From the NCBI GenBank assembly GCA_041640575.1, contig JBEPZZ010000011.1, positions 3,316 to 22,119 on the forward strand: a DNA stretch of 18,804 nt, written 5' to 3'. The position numbers were made by a program, and so were the translations under genes. The stretch's first letter is position 1. Each line of letters begins with the position of its first letter. The notes beneath the pieces are model-generated. The model ran no database searches and was not told the DNA's origin. It saw only the letters and a list, made by a program, of their open reading frames with translations. Below are positions 8,940 through 18,804 of this stretch, piece by piece. Origin of the DNA: Pseudothermotoga sp. GTDB lineage: Bacteria; Thermotogota; Thermotogae; Thermotogales; DSM-5069.

Positions 8940-10085
8940 TTGCTTAAATTGTTGAAAAATGTGACCGTTTTTTCTCCAGAACCTCTTGGTTGTTGTGATA
9001 TTCTTCTAGCTGCCGACAAAATTGCAGACGTGGACAAGAACCTTACGGTACCAAAAGCAGAAGTTATTGACCTTGATGGAAAGTTTGCCATTCCTGGCTT
9101 AATAGATTGCCATGTTCATATAACAGGCGGGGGAGGAGAAGGAGGATTTTCAACAAGAACACCAGAATTGGTTTTCTCGGACTTGGTGAAAGGTGGTATC
9201 ACGACCGTTATAGGTTGCCTTGGCACCGATGGTGTGACTAGGTCTTTGGAGAATTTGTATGCAAAAGCAAAAGCATTGGAAGAAGAAGGTGTGACAACTT
9301 TTATATACACCGGTTCCTATAGAGTGCCACCGGTAACTTTTACGGGGAATATAGTAAAAGATTTGATCCTAATAGATAAAGTTATTGGTGTTGGAGAAAT
9401 AGCTATTTCAGATCATCGGTCAAGTCAGCCAACAATTGAGGAGATTAAAAGAGTTGCTGCAGATTCAAGAGTTGGAGGCATGCTTTCTGGAAAGGCTGGC
9501 ATAGTCAATTTGCATGTTGGTGATGGTCCACAAGGAATAGAAATACTCTTTGAAATAGTTAAAACAACGGAAATACCGGCTAGTCAATTTCTACCAACCC
9601 ATATGAACAGAAACAAAAAACTCTTTGAGGAGAGTTTGCGGTGGATTCAAATAGGTGGTTATGTCGATCTCACGGCTGGCGAGGAAGAAGAAAAAGGCGA
9701 CTTGTCAGCTGCGCGAATTCTTCAAAAATACGTTGAATTCGGCTTTGAAAATTCGGTGACAATGAGTTCCGACGGACAAGGAAGTTTACCGAAATTTAAC
9801 GAAAAAAAAGAATTTGTTGGCTTAAAAGTTGGTAGAGTTACCTCACTTCTTGCTCATTTGAAAGCTGCAATAAAAAGGGGTATTGACCTTCATAGAATTT
9901 TGAAGATTGTGACTGCCAATCCTGCGCGGATACTTAAACTGAAGTACAAGGGACAGATAAGTAAAGGCTTTGACGCCGATATTGTCGTTTTGGATTCTGA
10001 CTTAAACATTGACACGATCATAGCAAAAGGAAAAATCCTAATGAAAGATAAAAGTTTACTTGTGAAGGGAACATTTGAAGAATGA
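8940..10085 (+). CDS. iadA: Beta-aspartyl peptidase (isoaspartyl dipeptidase), amidohydrolase superfamily
   Basis: IDCHVHITGGGGEGGF, GCLGTD, YTGSY, GEIAISDHRSSQP, HVGD, PTH and SSDGQGS motifs; GAGGTGAGG RBS before TTG. Confidence 0.93.
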   Translation: MLKLLKNVTVFSPEPLGCCDILLAADKIADVDKNLTVPKAEVIDLDGKFAIPGLIDCHVHITGGGGEGGFSTRTPELVFSDLVKGGITTVIGCLGTDGVTRSLENLYAKAKALEEEGVTTFIYTGSYRVPPVTFTGNIVKDLILIDKVIGVGEIAISDHRSSQPTIEEIKRVAADSRVGGMLSGKAGIVNLHVGDGPQGIEILFEIVKTTEIPASQFLPTHMNRNKKLFEESLRWIQIGGYVDLTAGEEEEKGDLSAARILQKYVEFGFENSVTMSSDGQGSLPKFNEKKEFVGLKVGRVTSLLAHLKAAIKRGIDLHRILKIVTANPARILKLKYKGQISKGFDADIVVLDSDLNIDTIIAKGKILMKDKSLLVKGTFEE

Positions 10086-10236
10086 AATTTCTTTATCTAG
10101 TAGCATCTGGTTTTTGCTTGAATTTAGTCGACAAGAAGATCTTTTTAAATGTTTTTGCGACATTAGAAGCGAAACTGGCTACGAATTCAACTTTATCGGC
10201 TAACCTAATGGGAAGTTGTTTTTCATACGATTGAGG

Positions 10237-10272
10237 CAAAAATACTCCCGGCTTTGGCTGCGAGAGTTTTTC
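10237..10272. terminator. Possible bidirectional terminator between iadA and the convergent zinc-ribbon ORF
   Basis: Imperfect stem ACTCCCG...CGAGAGT flanked by an A-run on the left and a T-run on the right. Confidence 0.45.
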
Positions 10273-10278
10273 CTTACA

Positions 10279-10467
10279 TTACTTTCTATTCTTATTTTCT
10301 TTCTCTCCACTAGGCTTGTCGTGCTGACTAGATCTGTCTAAAGGTAGATCTTTGATTGGCTCAATGGTTGCACCACATTTTTCACAAATAAGCTGTTCTC
10401 CAGTTAATTTTGCAGCTGAATAATATATTTCGCCACACCTTGGACATCTGTAATATATCGCAAACAC
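10279..10467 (-). CDS. Small zinc-ribbon protein (about 60 aa), function unknown
   Basis: YYRCPRCGEIYYSAAKLTGEQLICEKCGATI has two CxxC pairs. Candidate TGA-TAGAAT extended -10 at 10507-10499 lies downstream of ATG 10524, so the start is probably GTG 10467, TTG 10473 or ATA 10458. Confidence 0.7.
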   Translation of the reverse strand: MFAIYYRCPRCGEIYYSAAKLTGEQLICEKCGATIEPIKDLPLDRSSQHDKPSGEKENKNRK

Positions 10468-10837
10468 CCCCAAAAATTTGTATGTGCCTGTGCTTACAAT
10501 TCTATCATAATTTTGGAATGACATTAAAGAGTCATATATGTTCTAAATTCAGAAAGAATTTCAATTTTTTGAAACAAGACAAATGCCACTGATATTCTAT
10601 TACTGTATTATTTTCCTTAAAAATGTGTTGAACAAAAGAATTGAGAAGAGTTAAATAAGGAGAAAGCTAAAAATATAGTGTGACAACAATTAGTAAGATT
10701 TATAGCTACATTAAGCTGATTCAAAAGCTTTCAAGATACCTTGTGTAATAGTAGTGTAAACGTGCCATGTCAGTACAACCTACACAACTGAGTTGAATCG
10801 TGAGGTTGTTTGCGTTAAATATATCCGAAAAATTTTG

Positions 10838-10867
10838 TTGCAAGCTTAACAATGTTTGCTATATAAT
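10838..10867 (+). promoter_or_regulatory. Putative sigma70-type promoter of the aspartate/glutamate symporter
   Basis: TTGCAA-N18-TATAAT, ending 46 nt before GTG 10914. Confidence 0.6.
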
Positions 10868-10913
10868 ATCATCTGTATTCCTTATTTATATGCATCTCGA
10901 GGGGGTGGAAAAA

Positions 10914-12188
10914 GTGGCAAAAGGCAAAGGCGGTATCTTGGGCTGGTATTTTGGCACAAACGTCCTTGTCAGAATTCTCATTGGGTTGATTCTCGGAGCA
11001 ATCGTAGGATTAATAGTTGGCCCTAAGATTCAAGTCATCTCTCCACTAGGTGATTTGTTTATAAGGTTGCTCAGAATGATTGTCGTCCCAGTAATATTTT
11101 TCTCACTAGTCGCTGGTGCTGCTAGTATCAAACCTTCGAAACTCGGCAAGGTCGGCGTCAAAATTATGGTTTACTATCTTGTAACGACTGTTGTTGCTGT
11201 GACGATAGGTTTGATTGCAGCGAACATCTTCAAACCCGGGCTTGGGATAACGCTTCCCGGTGAAGCTCCAGGAAGGCAATTGACACAACCCTCACTTATC
11301 CAAACACTTTTGAATATTATCCCAACAAACCCTGTTGATTCATTGGCAAAAGGAGATGTTTTGCCGATAATCTTCTTTGCACTTGTTTTCGGAATAGCTC
11401 TTTCTTACCTGAGGGAATCGAAAGATCAGAGACTGAGTGAAGGAGCAAATTTGATCTTCAAATTCTCTGACGTTGCAGCAGAGACTATGTATAAAATTGT
11501 CCGTGGAATTTTGGAATACGCTCCTATAGGTGTTTTTGCTTTGATAGCAGTTGTTTTCGGAAACCAAGGTGCAAAGGCGTTCGGACCGCTAGGAATGGTC
11601 ACCTTGACAGTTTATATAGCACTTGCAATTCACTTATTTGTGGTTTATTCGCTTGCACTTGGTTCTTTCAAGCTTTCATTTGGAAGATTTTTGAAAGGTG
11701 CAAAGGAAGCTATGCTTACAGCTTTTGTTACTAGAAGTTCAAGCGGAACCTTACCAGTAACTTTAAAGAATGCAGATGAACTTGGTATTCCCAGAAGCAT
11801 ATCTTCCTTCACACTTCCACTTGGTGCAACTATAAACATGGATGGAACAGTCATTTACCAAGGTGTTTGTGCTATGTTTGTGGCGTTTGCAATTGGTGCG
11901 AACCTCTCTTTCTCTCAGCAACTTGTAGTTATAATTACGGCTACGCTTGCTTCTATCGGTACTGCGGGTGTGCCAGGTGCCGGAGCAATAATGCTTTTGA
12001 TGGTTCTGAACTCCGTTGGATTCAAAGTTGACCCTGGTACAAGGGTAGCTGCTGCGTATGCTATGATACTTGGAATAGATGCTTTGCTAGATATGGGAAG
12101 AACCTGTTTGAATGTCACAGGAGATTTGGTCGGAACTGCGATCGTATCGAAAACCGAGGGCGAGTTGGACCTCTCGAAGTGGAAGTAA
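10914..12188 (+). CDS. Dicarboxylate/amino acid:cation symporter (DAACS/SLC1), GltPh-like Na+/aspartate transporter
   Basis: [13 protein letters not shown] (HP1), [11 protein letters not shown] (TM7), [11 protein letters not shown] (HP2), [13 protein letters not shown] (TM8). Start reassigned to GTG 10914 after GAGGGGGTG RBS. Confidence 0.95.
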   Translation: MAKGKGGILGWYFGTNVLVRILIGLILGAIVGLIVGPKIQVISPLGDLFIRLLRMIVVPVIFFSLVAGAASIKPSKLGKVGVKIMVYYLVTTVVAVTIGLIAANIFKPGLGITLPGEAPGRQLTQPSLIQTLLNIIPTNPVDSLAKGDVLPIIFFALVFGIALSYLRESKDQRLSEGANLIFKFSDVAAETMYKIVRGILEYAPIGVFALIAVVFGNQGAKAFGPLGMVTLTVYIALAIHLFVVYSLALGSFKLSFGRFLKGAKEAMLTAFVTRSSSGTLPVTLKNADELGIPRSISSFTLPLGATINMDGTVIYQGVCAMFVAFAIGANLSFSQQLVVIITATLASIGTAGVPGAGAIMLLMVLNSVGFKVDPGTRVAAAYAMILGIDALLDMGRTCLNVTGDLVGTAIVSKTEGELDLSKWK

Positions 12189-12195
12189 AAATTTT

Positions 12196-12219
12196 GGGCT
12201 GCGCTTGCAGCCCTTTTTT
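12196..12219 (+). terminator. Intrinsic terminator of the symporter gene
   Basis: GGGCTGC-GCTT-GCAGCCC then TTTTTT, between the convergent symporter and folP stops. Confidence 0.85.
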
Positions 12220-13394
12220 CATAGTAAATGGCTTATCATTTTTATGACCTGGAAATTCTCATCTACGTCATGAACTCTTACGATGTTAACCTTTTTCATG
12301 GCGCAATAGGCTGTTACAGCGAGAGTCCCAAACAATCTCTCTTCTGGTGAAATTTTTCCAAGAGCGTTACCAATAAAGGATTTTCTTGAATGACCTATTA
12401 GAATAGGTGTTTTAAGTGACTTGAATTCATCTATTCTTTTGAGAATTTCTAGATTATCTTCGAAACGCTTTCCAAAACCAATTCCCGGATCTATAATCAC
12501 TTTGTTGGCAAAACCATTTTCCTTTAGCAGTTGTATTCTCTCTTTGAAAAACTCCATTAGCTCTTTCACAACATCTTCATAGTAGGGATTTTCCTGCATT
12601 GTTTTCGGTTCACCTTTCATATGCATTAAAATCAACGCAGGTCTATATTTTAGAACAACTTCAAGCATTCTGCTATCAAATCTCAAAGCACTTACATCGT
12701 TGACAATGTGAGCACCTAATTTCAGTGCTTCTTCAGCAACTTTAGCCTTGTAGGTATCAACAGAGACTACAACATCAAAATTTGACGTTATCAACTCTAC
12801 CGCTGGAAGTACTCTGTTTAGTTCCTCTTCCTCCGAAATTCGATTCGAACCAGGTCTTGTGGATTCCCCACCAATGTCAATTATGTCAACACCGCTTTCA
12901 ACCATTTTTGCAACGACAGTTGTCAACTCATCTTTTTTTACTCGGCTTGCTGCATAAAAAGAATCTGGGGTTACGTTGATTATTCCCATAATTAGAGTCC
13001 TATCAAAGGTGAGCTTCTTACCACCAGGAAGTTCGATTTCTTTAACTGCTTCTTCGTAAAGGCAATTTTTCATAGCTTGTGAAATCTTGTCTAGCTCCCA
13101 ATAGTTCATCATTGCAAGTTTTCGGATAGCTTTGTCATGCTGTGCGAGAGTTCCCAAAGTTAAGACGTTGGTCTTTTCAACTTTATGAGTTATCGCATTC
13201 CGGTGAACTGCGGCATCACCTCCTGCCGCAAGCATTTCCTGCTTGATTACATTTGCCGCTATTACGGGAACATCGTAAATCAAAAGTCCTACAAATTCTC
13301 CCTTTTTCTCAAAAATGGGTATCGAAGCAGGATCGACACCTATCTTCGAGAGCCCGTCCATAGGTTTCTCTAGCCTTGTAACAAGATATCTCAT
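12219..13394 (-). CDS. folP: Dihydropteroate synthase with N-terminal extension (probable bifunctional dihydropteroate synthase/reductase)
   Basis: IMGIINVTPDSF, DIGGESTRPG, SVDT, IVNDVS, LMHMKGEPKTMQ, DPGIGFGK, GHSRKSFIG and VRVHDV motifs, preceded by about 130 extra residues; AGGAGG RBS. Confidence 0.95.
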   Translation of the reverse strand: MRYLVTRLEKPMDGLSKIGVDPASIPIFEKKGEFVGLLIYDVPVIAANVIKQEMLAAGGDAAVHRNAITHKVEKTNVLTLGTLAQHDKAIRKLAMMNYWELDKISQAMKNCLYEEAVKEIELPGGKKLTFDRTLIMGIINVTPDSFYAASRVKKDELTTVVAKMVESGVDIIDIGGESTRPGSNRISEEEELNRVLPAVELITSNFDVVVSVDTYKAKVAEEALKLGAHIVNDVSALRFDSRMLEVVLKYRPALILMHMKGEPKTMQENPYYEDVVKELMEFFKERIQLLKENGFANKVIIDPGIGFGKRFEDNLEILKRIDEFKSLKTPILIGHSRKSFIGNALGKISPEERLFGTLAVTAYCAMKKVNIVRVHDVDENFQVIKMISHLL

Positions 13395-13900
13395 TCTTGG
13401 TTAACCTCCTTCAACTTTTTTAGTATTTCTTCCAGTGAGTTCTTGATTATCCTTGCTGTTGCTCCCCATATCACTAAGCCCGGGAAACGGTATCTAAGCG
13501 TTACGTTCCCATCAGGCATAATAACTTCTTCGTATTTTGTTTGCTCGAAAAGTGCAAGTTTCACGAAATAAATTTCCTCAACTTCTTCATGGTTCAATGC
13601 AAATTTATTGGTTGATATTAAGACTAGAAATGGTGTAATTCTTATTTTTGAACTAATTGTTGTTATGTCATTCAACCTTTCGAGGATTCTACAAGATTCT
13701 TTTTCGACACCTATTTCCTCCTTTAGCTCCCTAAGAGCTGCTTGATCTAAGCTTTCTGACTCTTTAACAAATCCACCCGGAAAAGCTATTTGACCAGGGT
13801 GATGGTGAAGCTTCCTGGATCTTCGTATAAATATAAGGTACGGTTCATTCATTAAGTAAATTACGGGTACACACACAGCTGATAAATTTATTGTTATCAC
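13391..13900 (-). CDS. Nudix hydrolase, CoA pyrophosphatase (PCD1/NudL-like) subfamily
   Basis: FIRRSRKLHHHPGQIAFPGG, Nudix box AALRELKEEIG, IWGATA. Stop overlaps the folP start (ATGA). Start uncertain, near GTG 13900 rather than 13990. Confidence 0.88.
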   Translation of the reverse strand: MITINLSAVCVPVIYLMNEPYLIFIRRSRKLHHHPGQIAFPGGFVKESESLDQAALRELKEEIGVEKESCRILERLNDITTISSKIRITPFLVLISTNKFALNHEEVEEIYFVKLALFEQTKYEEVIMPDGNVTLRYRFPGLVIWGATARIIKNSLEEILKKLKEVNQE

Positions 13901-14077
13901 GTCCCTGAAAATTATAACTTTCAACCATTGGTGTTGAGTAAGTACGACAAAAGTAATGGGTGAAATCAAGAAGAGTGGAAATAGTTCCAAGGTGTAAGCT
14001 GGTTTTCTCTTTTTGATGAGTAATCGAATTAAATTGTTTCAAAATAGCTAGTTGTGTTTTTCCTTTCGCCGAGAGTA

Positions 14078-14106
14078 TTGGTATAAGATAGCTTGGAGAG
14101 TATAAT
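14078..14106 (+). promoter_or_regulatory. Putative sigma70-type promoter of rnhB
   Basis: TTGGTA-N17-TATAAT, ending 41 nt before the TTG start. Confidence 0.65.
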
Positions 14107-14147
14107 GTAACTAGCTGACTATAGAGAATGAAAAGAAGGATGAGAAC

Positions 14148-14819
14148 TTGCACAAGGAACTTTTTCTCTTCGACGATTTTTATAGAAAACATTTCGGCCA
14201 GATAATAGGAGTGGACGAGGCAGGCAGAGGATGTATTGCAGGGCCAGTTGTGGCTGCAGCTGTAATACTAACTGAAGAATTGGATGTTTTTGATTCTAAG
14301 CAACTTTCACCATCTGAAAGAGAAAGAATTTTTGAGCGTCTAAGGGAAACTGCGGAAATAGGTATCGGATTAGCAACCCCTGAAGAGATTGACATCTATA
14401 ACATTTTGAACGCTACAAAAATTGCCATGAACAGAGCTTTGAAGGTTCTCAACCGGCCAGAACTTTATGTTCTTGTAGATGGAAAACATTTGAATCTCGC
14501 CCAACAAGGAAGTTGCATTGTTAAAGGAGATGCAAAAAGCGGTGTAATTGCTGCGGCTTCGATTGTTGCAAAGGTCATAAGAGATAGAATAATGAAAGGT
14601 TTTGATAAAGTTTATCCTCAGTATTCTTTTGCCCAACATAAAGGATACCCAACAGAGGTTCACATAAATTTACTCCGTAAGCATGGGGCGACGCCTTTCC
14701 ACCGCTTGACCTTCTCACCTCTTTTAGAACATATCAAAGAAGATATTTTAAGCCAAATAAGCCCACAGAGGGCACAAAGTGTCCTAAAGGCATTGAGAAA
14801 AAAATCTCGCTGCAAATAA
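14148..14819 (+). CDS. rnhB: Ribonuclease HII
   Basis: GVDEAGRGCIAGPVVAAAV, DSK, LVDG, KGDAKS, AAASIVAKVIRD, HKGYPT, HRLTF. Confidence 0.96.
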   Translation: MHKELFLFDDFYRKHFGQIIGVDEAGRGCIAGPVVAAAVILTEELDVFDSKQLSPSERERIFERLRETAEIGIGLATPEEIDIYNILNATKIAMNRALKVLNRPELYVLVDGKHLNLAQQGSCIVKGDAKSGVIAAASIVAKVIRDRIMKGFDKVYPQYSFAQHKGYPTEVHINLLRKHGATPFHRLTFSPLLEHIKEDILSQISPQRAQSVLKALRKKSRCK

Positions 14820-15016
14820 GGTTTAATAAACTTCTTGTGTCTTACAATAGACTTATTTACGTTCTTGCTGCGTGGTGAAGAGTTTTATGATACCCTTGCG
14901 CTTTTCTTGAATTTAATACTAAAGAAAGAAAACCTTAATTATCCTTTATTACCTCCTAAACAAATCAAAAATAAAATTCAGTCATAAGTTACTTTCTAAG
15001 AGCAGGGGGGCTAAGT

Positions 15017-16336
15017 GTGGATTACAAGGAGATTCTTAAGTACGTTGAGAAAGAGAAAATTCAATTCATCCGCCTTCAGTTTTCCGACATCAACGGTAAC
15101 CTTAAGAACGTTGAAATACCTTCTCAGGAGCTTGAGAGAGCTTTTGAACGTGGCATAATGTTTGACGGTTCCTCTATCGAAGGTTTCGCTAGAATTGAAG
15201 AATCAGACATGTATCTAAGACCAGATCCGTCAACTTTTGCAGTACTTCCTTGGTCTACAGATGGAATAAGAAGTGCTAGGTTGATTTGCGACGTTTACAC
15301 ACCTTCCGGAGAACCTTTTGAGGGTGACCCACGTCACAGGTTGAAGCTTGTTGTGGAAAAGGCAAGAAAGATGGGGTTCGAATGTCTTGCCGGCCCAGAA
15401 TTGGAATTTTTCATACTTCCGAGGGACGATAAAGGACATGTAAAAGCTGAGTTTCTCGACAAAGGCAGTTACTTTGATTTGTTACCTTTGAACGAGGTCG
15501 AATCACTTAGAAGTGAGGTTGCCGTAGCACTTAGAACTATGGGCATAAGTGTGGAGGCGACGCACCACGAGGTTTCACCGTCGCAACATGAATTAGATTT
15601 CCGCTATGGCCCGGCTTTGGCAACCGCTGATAATGCACAAACTGTCAAACTTGTTTTGAAGACAATAGCTGTCAAGCACAACCTGCATGTAACCTTCATG
15701 CCTAAGCCGTTCTTTGGAATCAATGGATCTGGAATGCACACGCACATGAGTTTGTTCAAGGGTGAAAATAATGCATTCTTTGACCCAAACGCGGAAGATG
15801 GGTTGTCAGAAACGATGAAATATTTCATTGGTGGTTTAATGAAGTACGCTCGTCAAATAACTCTAGTGACAAACCCAACAGTTAACAGCTATAAACGCCT
15901 TGTTCCCGGTTATGAAGCGCCGGTGAACATCGCTTGGTCAAAAGCAAACAGAACTGCTCTGATAAGAATTCCTGCAGCCCGTGGGAAGTCAACCAGATTA
16001 GAATACCGTGCACCAGATCCTACTTGCAATGCTTATCTTGCTTTTGCCGTTTTATTCGGAGCAGGTTTGAAAGGGATCGAAGAAAAAACTGAACCGCCCG
16101 CTTCAATTGAAGAAAATATATACCATATGACGGAAGAAAGAAAACACGAGTTTAAGATTGATTCTTTACCAGGCTCGCTTAGAGAGGCAATAGAAGAAGC
16201 GAAAAATTCAGAACTTGTAAAGGAAATTCTTGGTGAACATATCTTCAAGAAGTTGTTGGACCTCAAGAGAAGAGAATGGCGTGATTTTAGCATTGCTGTG
16301 ACAGATTGGGAAAGAGAAAAATACCTTAGTTTCTAG
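15017..16336 (+). CDS. glnA: Glutamine synthetase type I (GSI-alpha-like)
   Basis: FDGSSIEGF, ESDM, GPELEFF, HHEVSPSQHE, FMPKP, NGSGMHTH, NSYKRLVPGYEAP, NRTALIRIP, RLEYRAPDP; AGGGGGG RBS before GTG. Confidence 0.97.
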   Translation: MDYKEILKYVEKEKIQFIRLQFSDINGNLKNVEIPSQELERAFERGIMFDGSSIEGFARIEESDMYLRPDPSTFAVLPWSTDGIRSARLICDVYTPSGEPFEGDPRHRLKLVVEKARKMGFECLAGPELEFFILPRDDKGHVKAEFLDKGSYFDLLPLNEVESLRSEVAVALRTMGISVEATHHEVSPSQHELDFRYGPALATADNAQTVKLVLKTIAVKHNLHVTFMPKPFFGINGSGMHTHMSLFKGENNAFFDPNAEDGLSETMKYFIGGLMKYARQITLVTNPTVNSYKRLVPGYEAPVNIAWSKANRTALIRIPAARGKSTRLEYRAPDPTCNAYLAFAVLFGAGLKGIEEKTEPPASIEENIYHMTEERKHEFKIDSLPGSLREAIEEAKNSELVKEILGEHIFKKLLDLKRREWRDFSIAVTDWEREKYLSF

Positions 16337-16346
16337 AAATATGCAT

Positions 16347-16376
16347 AAAAAAGGAGGGCCAAAAGGCCCTCCTTCT
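16347..16376 (-). terminator. Intrinsic terminator of groESL, probably also serving glnA
   Basis: AAGGAGGGCC-AAAA-GGCCCTCCTT perfect 10-bp stem; U-tract on the minus strand; sits between convergent genes. Confidence 0.88.
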
Positions 16377-16386
16377 AATTATTTTC

Positions 16387-18028
<1,642 letters not shown>

Positions 18029-18040
18029 TCATACCTCCTT

Positions 18041-18310
18041 TCACTCTTCAACCTTTGCAAGTATATCATTCGCGTCAATAATGATGTAATCAACATCATC
18101 AATCTTAATTTCGGTACCAGCATATTTGGAGAAAATCACTTTGTCTCCAGCTTTCACATCAATGTTCTCTACTTTTTCTCCGACTGCAACTACTTCTGCC
18201 TTCATAGGCTTTTCTTTCGCTGAATCTGGAAGAACCAAACCTCCTTCTGTCCTCTTTTCTTCCTTGATTGGCTTGATCAGTAATCTTTCTCCTAAGGGAA
18301 TAACTTTCAT
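18041..18310 (-). CDS. groES: Co-chaperonin GroES
   Basis: [46 protein letters not shown]; directly upstream of groEL. Confidence 0.98.
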   Translation of the reverse strand: MKVIPLGERLLIKPIKEEKRTEGGLVLPDSAKEKPMKAEVVAVGEKVENIDVKAGDKVIFSKYAGTEIKIDDVDYIIIDANDILAKVEE

Positions 18311-18340
18311 GAAGCCTACCTCCTTTCACTTCTATTATTT

Positions 18341-18367
18341 TTATCACTCTGAGATCTTGAGTGCTAA
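18341..18367 (-). promoter_or_regulatory. CIRCE element (HrcA operator)
   Basis: Minus strand TTAGCACTC-N9-GAGTGATAA, one mismatch to the consensus TTAGCACTC-N9-GAGTGCTAA, between promoter and groES RBS. Confidence 0.93.
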
Positions 18368-18371
18368 TTAT

Positions 18372-18400
18372 AGAATACACCAGGTTTGTTAAGAAATCAA
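18372..18400 (-). promoter_or_regulatory. Putative sigma70-type promoter of groESL
   Basis: TTGATT-N17-TATTCT directly upstream of CIRCE. Confidence 0.7.
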
Positions 18401-18722
18401 GAGGCTATTTTTTACCAATTTCTGAAATTATAGCTATTTATTTCAAAATACGCCCTTACAGTGGCAAATATGACTTGTTTTTCTCTCCATTACTCTTGAT
18501 ATCACTTGTTTTTGACAACTGGTTTTTTCCAATCAATCCTAGCAATTCTCTGAATATGTTAGAATAACGCTTGAGAAATAGCCAAAACTGAACTGTGAAT
18601 TAGCTTAAGCAAACTAAATACAACAAAGTGACGAATCAAAAGCAGGATTCTAAATTTAAAATCGGCGATTCTATTTTATCGAAAGCAAAAATAAATTGAT
18701 TGGGAGAAAGGAGACGATAAGA

Positions 18723-18804
18723 GTGTCTTATGTGCATGTTTATACAGGAAACGGAAAGGGTAAGACAACGGCAGCTTTTGGCTTAGCTGTTAGAGCTGCG
18801 TGCG
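18723..18804 (+). CDS. cobO: Cob(I)yrinic acid a,c-diamide adenosyltransferase (CobO/BtuR family), 5' fragment
   Basis: Missing from the ORF track; AAAGGAG RBS then GTG: MSYVHVYTGNGKGKTTAAFGLAVRAAC, the family's shortened P-loop signature. Confidence 0.88.
   Translation, partial: MSYVHVYTGNGKGKTTAAFGLAVRAAC

Noticed and set aside
8749..8955. 68-aa ORF upstream of iadA
   Set aside because: TTG start without RBS, no motif, occupies the divergent promoter region.
13845..14192. 115-aa minus-strand ORF with a hydrophobic N-terminal stretch
   Set aside because: Overlaps both rnhB and the Nudix gene and spans the rnhB promoter; no RBS or recognisable family. Not fully excluded without a homology search.
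18457..18466. GCCACTGTAA, a cobalamin-riboswitch-like word near the adenosyltransferase gene
   Set aside because: Wrong strand for cobO, and the other B12-element motifs and stems are absent.

Overview
Gene-dense bacterial chromosomal window. Protein sequences (fused-type PyrB N-terminus, GroEL ending PPMPEY without GGM repeats, GltPh-like transporter) point to a Thermotogota genome, possibly Pseudothermotoga-like; this is inference, not a database result. From left to right: 5' part of pyrB(I) (-) behind a long structured leader with an intrinsic terminator; a heavily decayed, AT-rich phytoene-dehydrogenase-like oxidoreductase pseudogene (+); a - strand run of MFS transporter, YhaM-like OB-HD nuclease, phosphoglucomutase/phosphomannomutase and topA; iadA (+); a small CxxC zinc-ribbon ORF (-); a GltPh-like Na+/aspartate symporter (+); Nudix hydrolase coupled to an N-terminally extended folP (-); rnhB and glnA (+); groES-groEL (-) with a CIRCE operator; and the start of a cob(I)alamin adenosyltransferase (+). 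I saw no CRISPR array, IS element, tRNA or rRNA. The best leads are the pyrB leader (candidate attenuator lacking a PyrR motif), a FolP carrying a Helicobacter-type dihydropteroate reductase domain next to a Nudix gene, and an iadA/aspartate-transporter cluster with an archaeal-like transporter.
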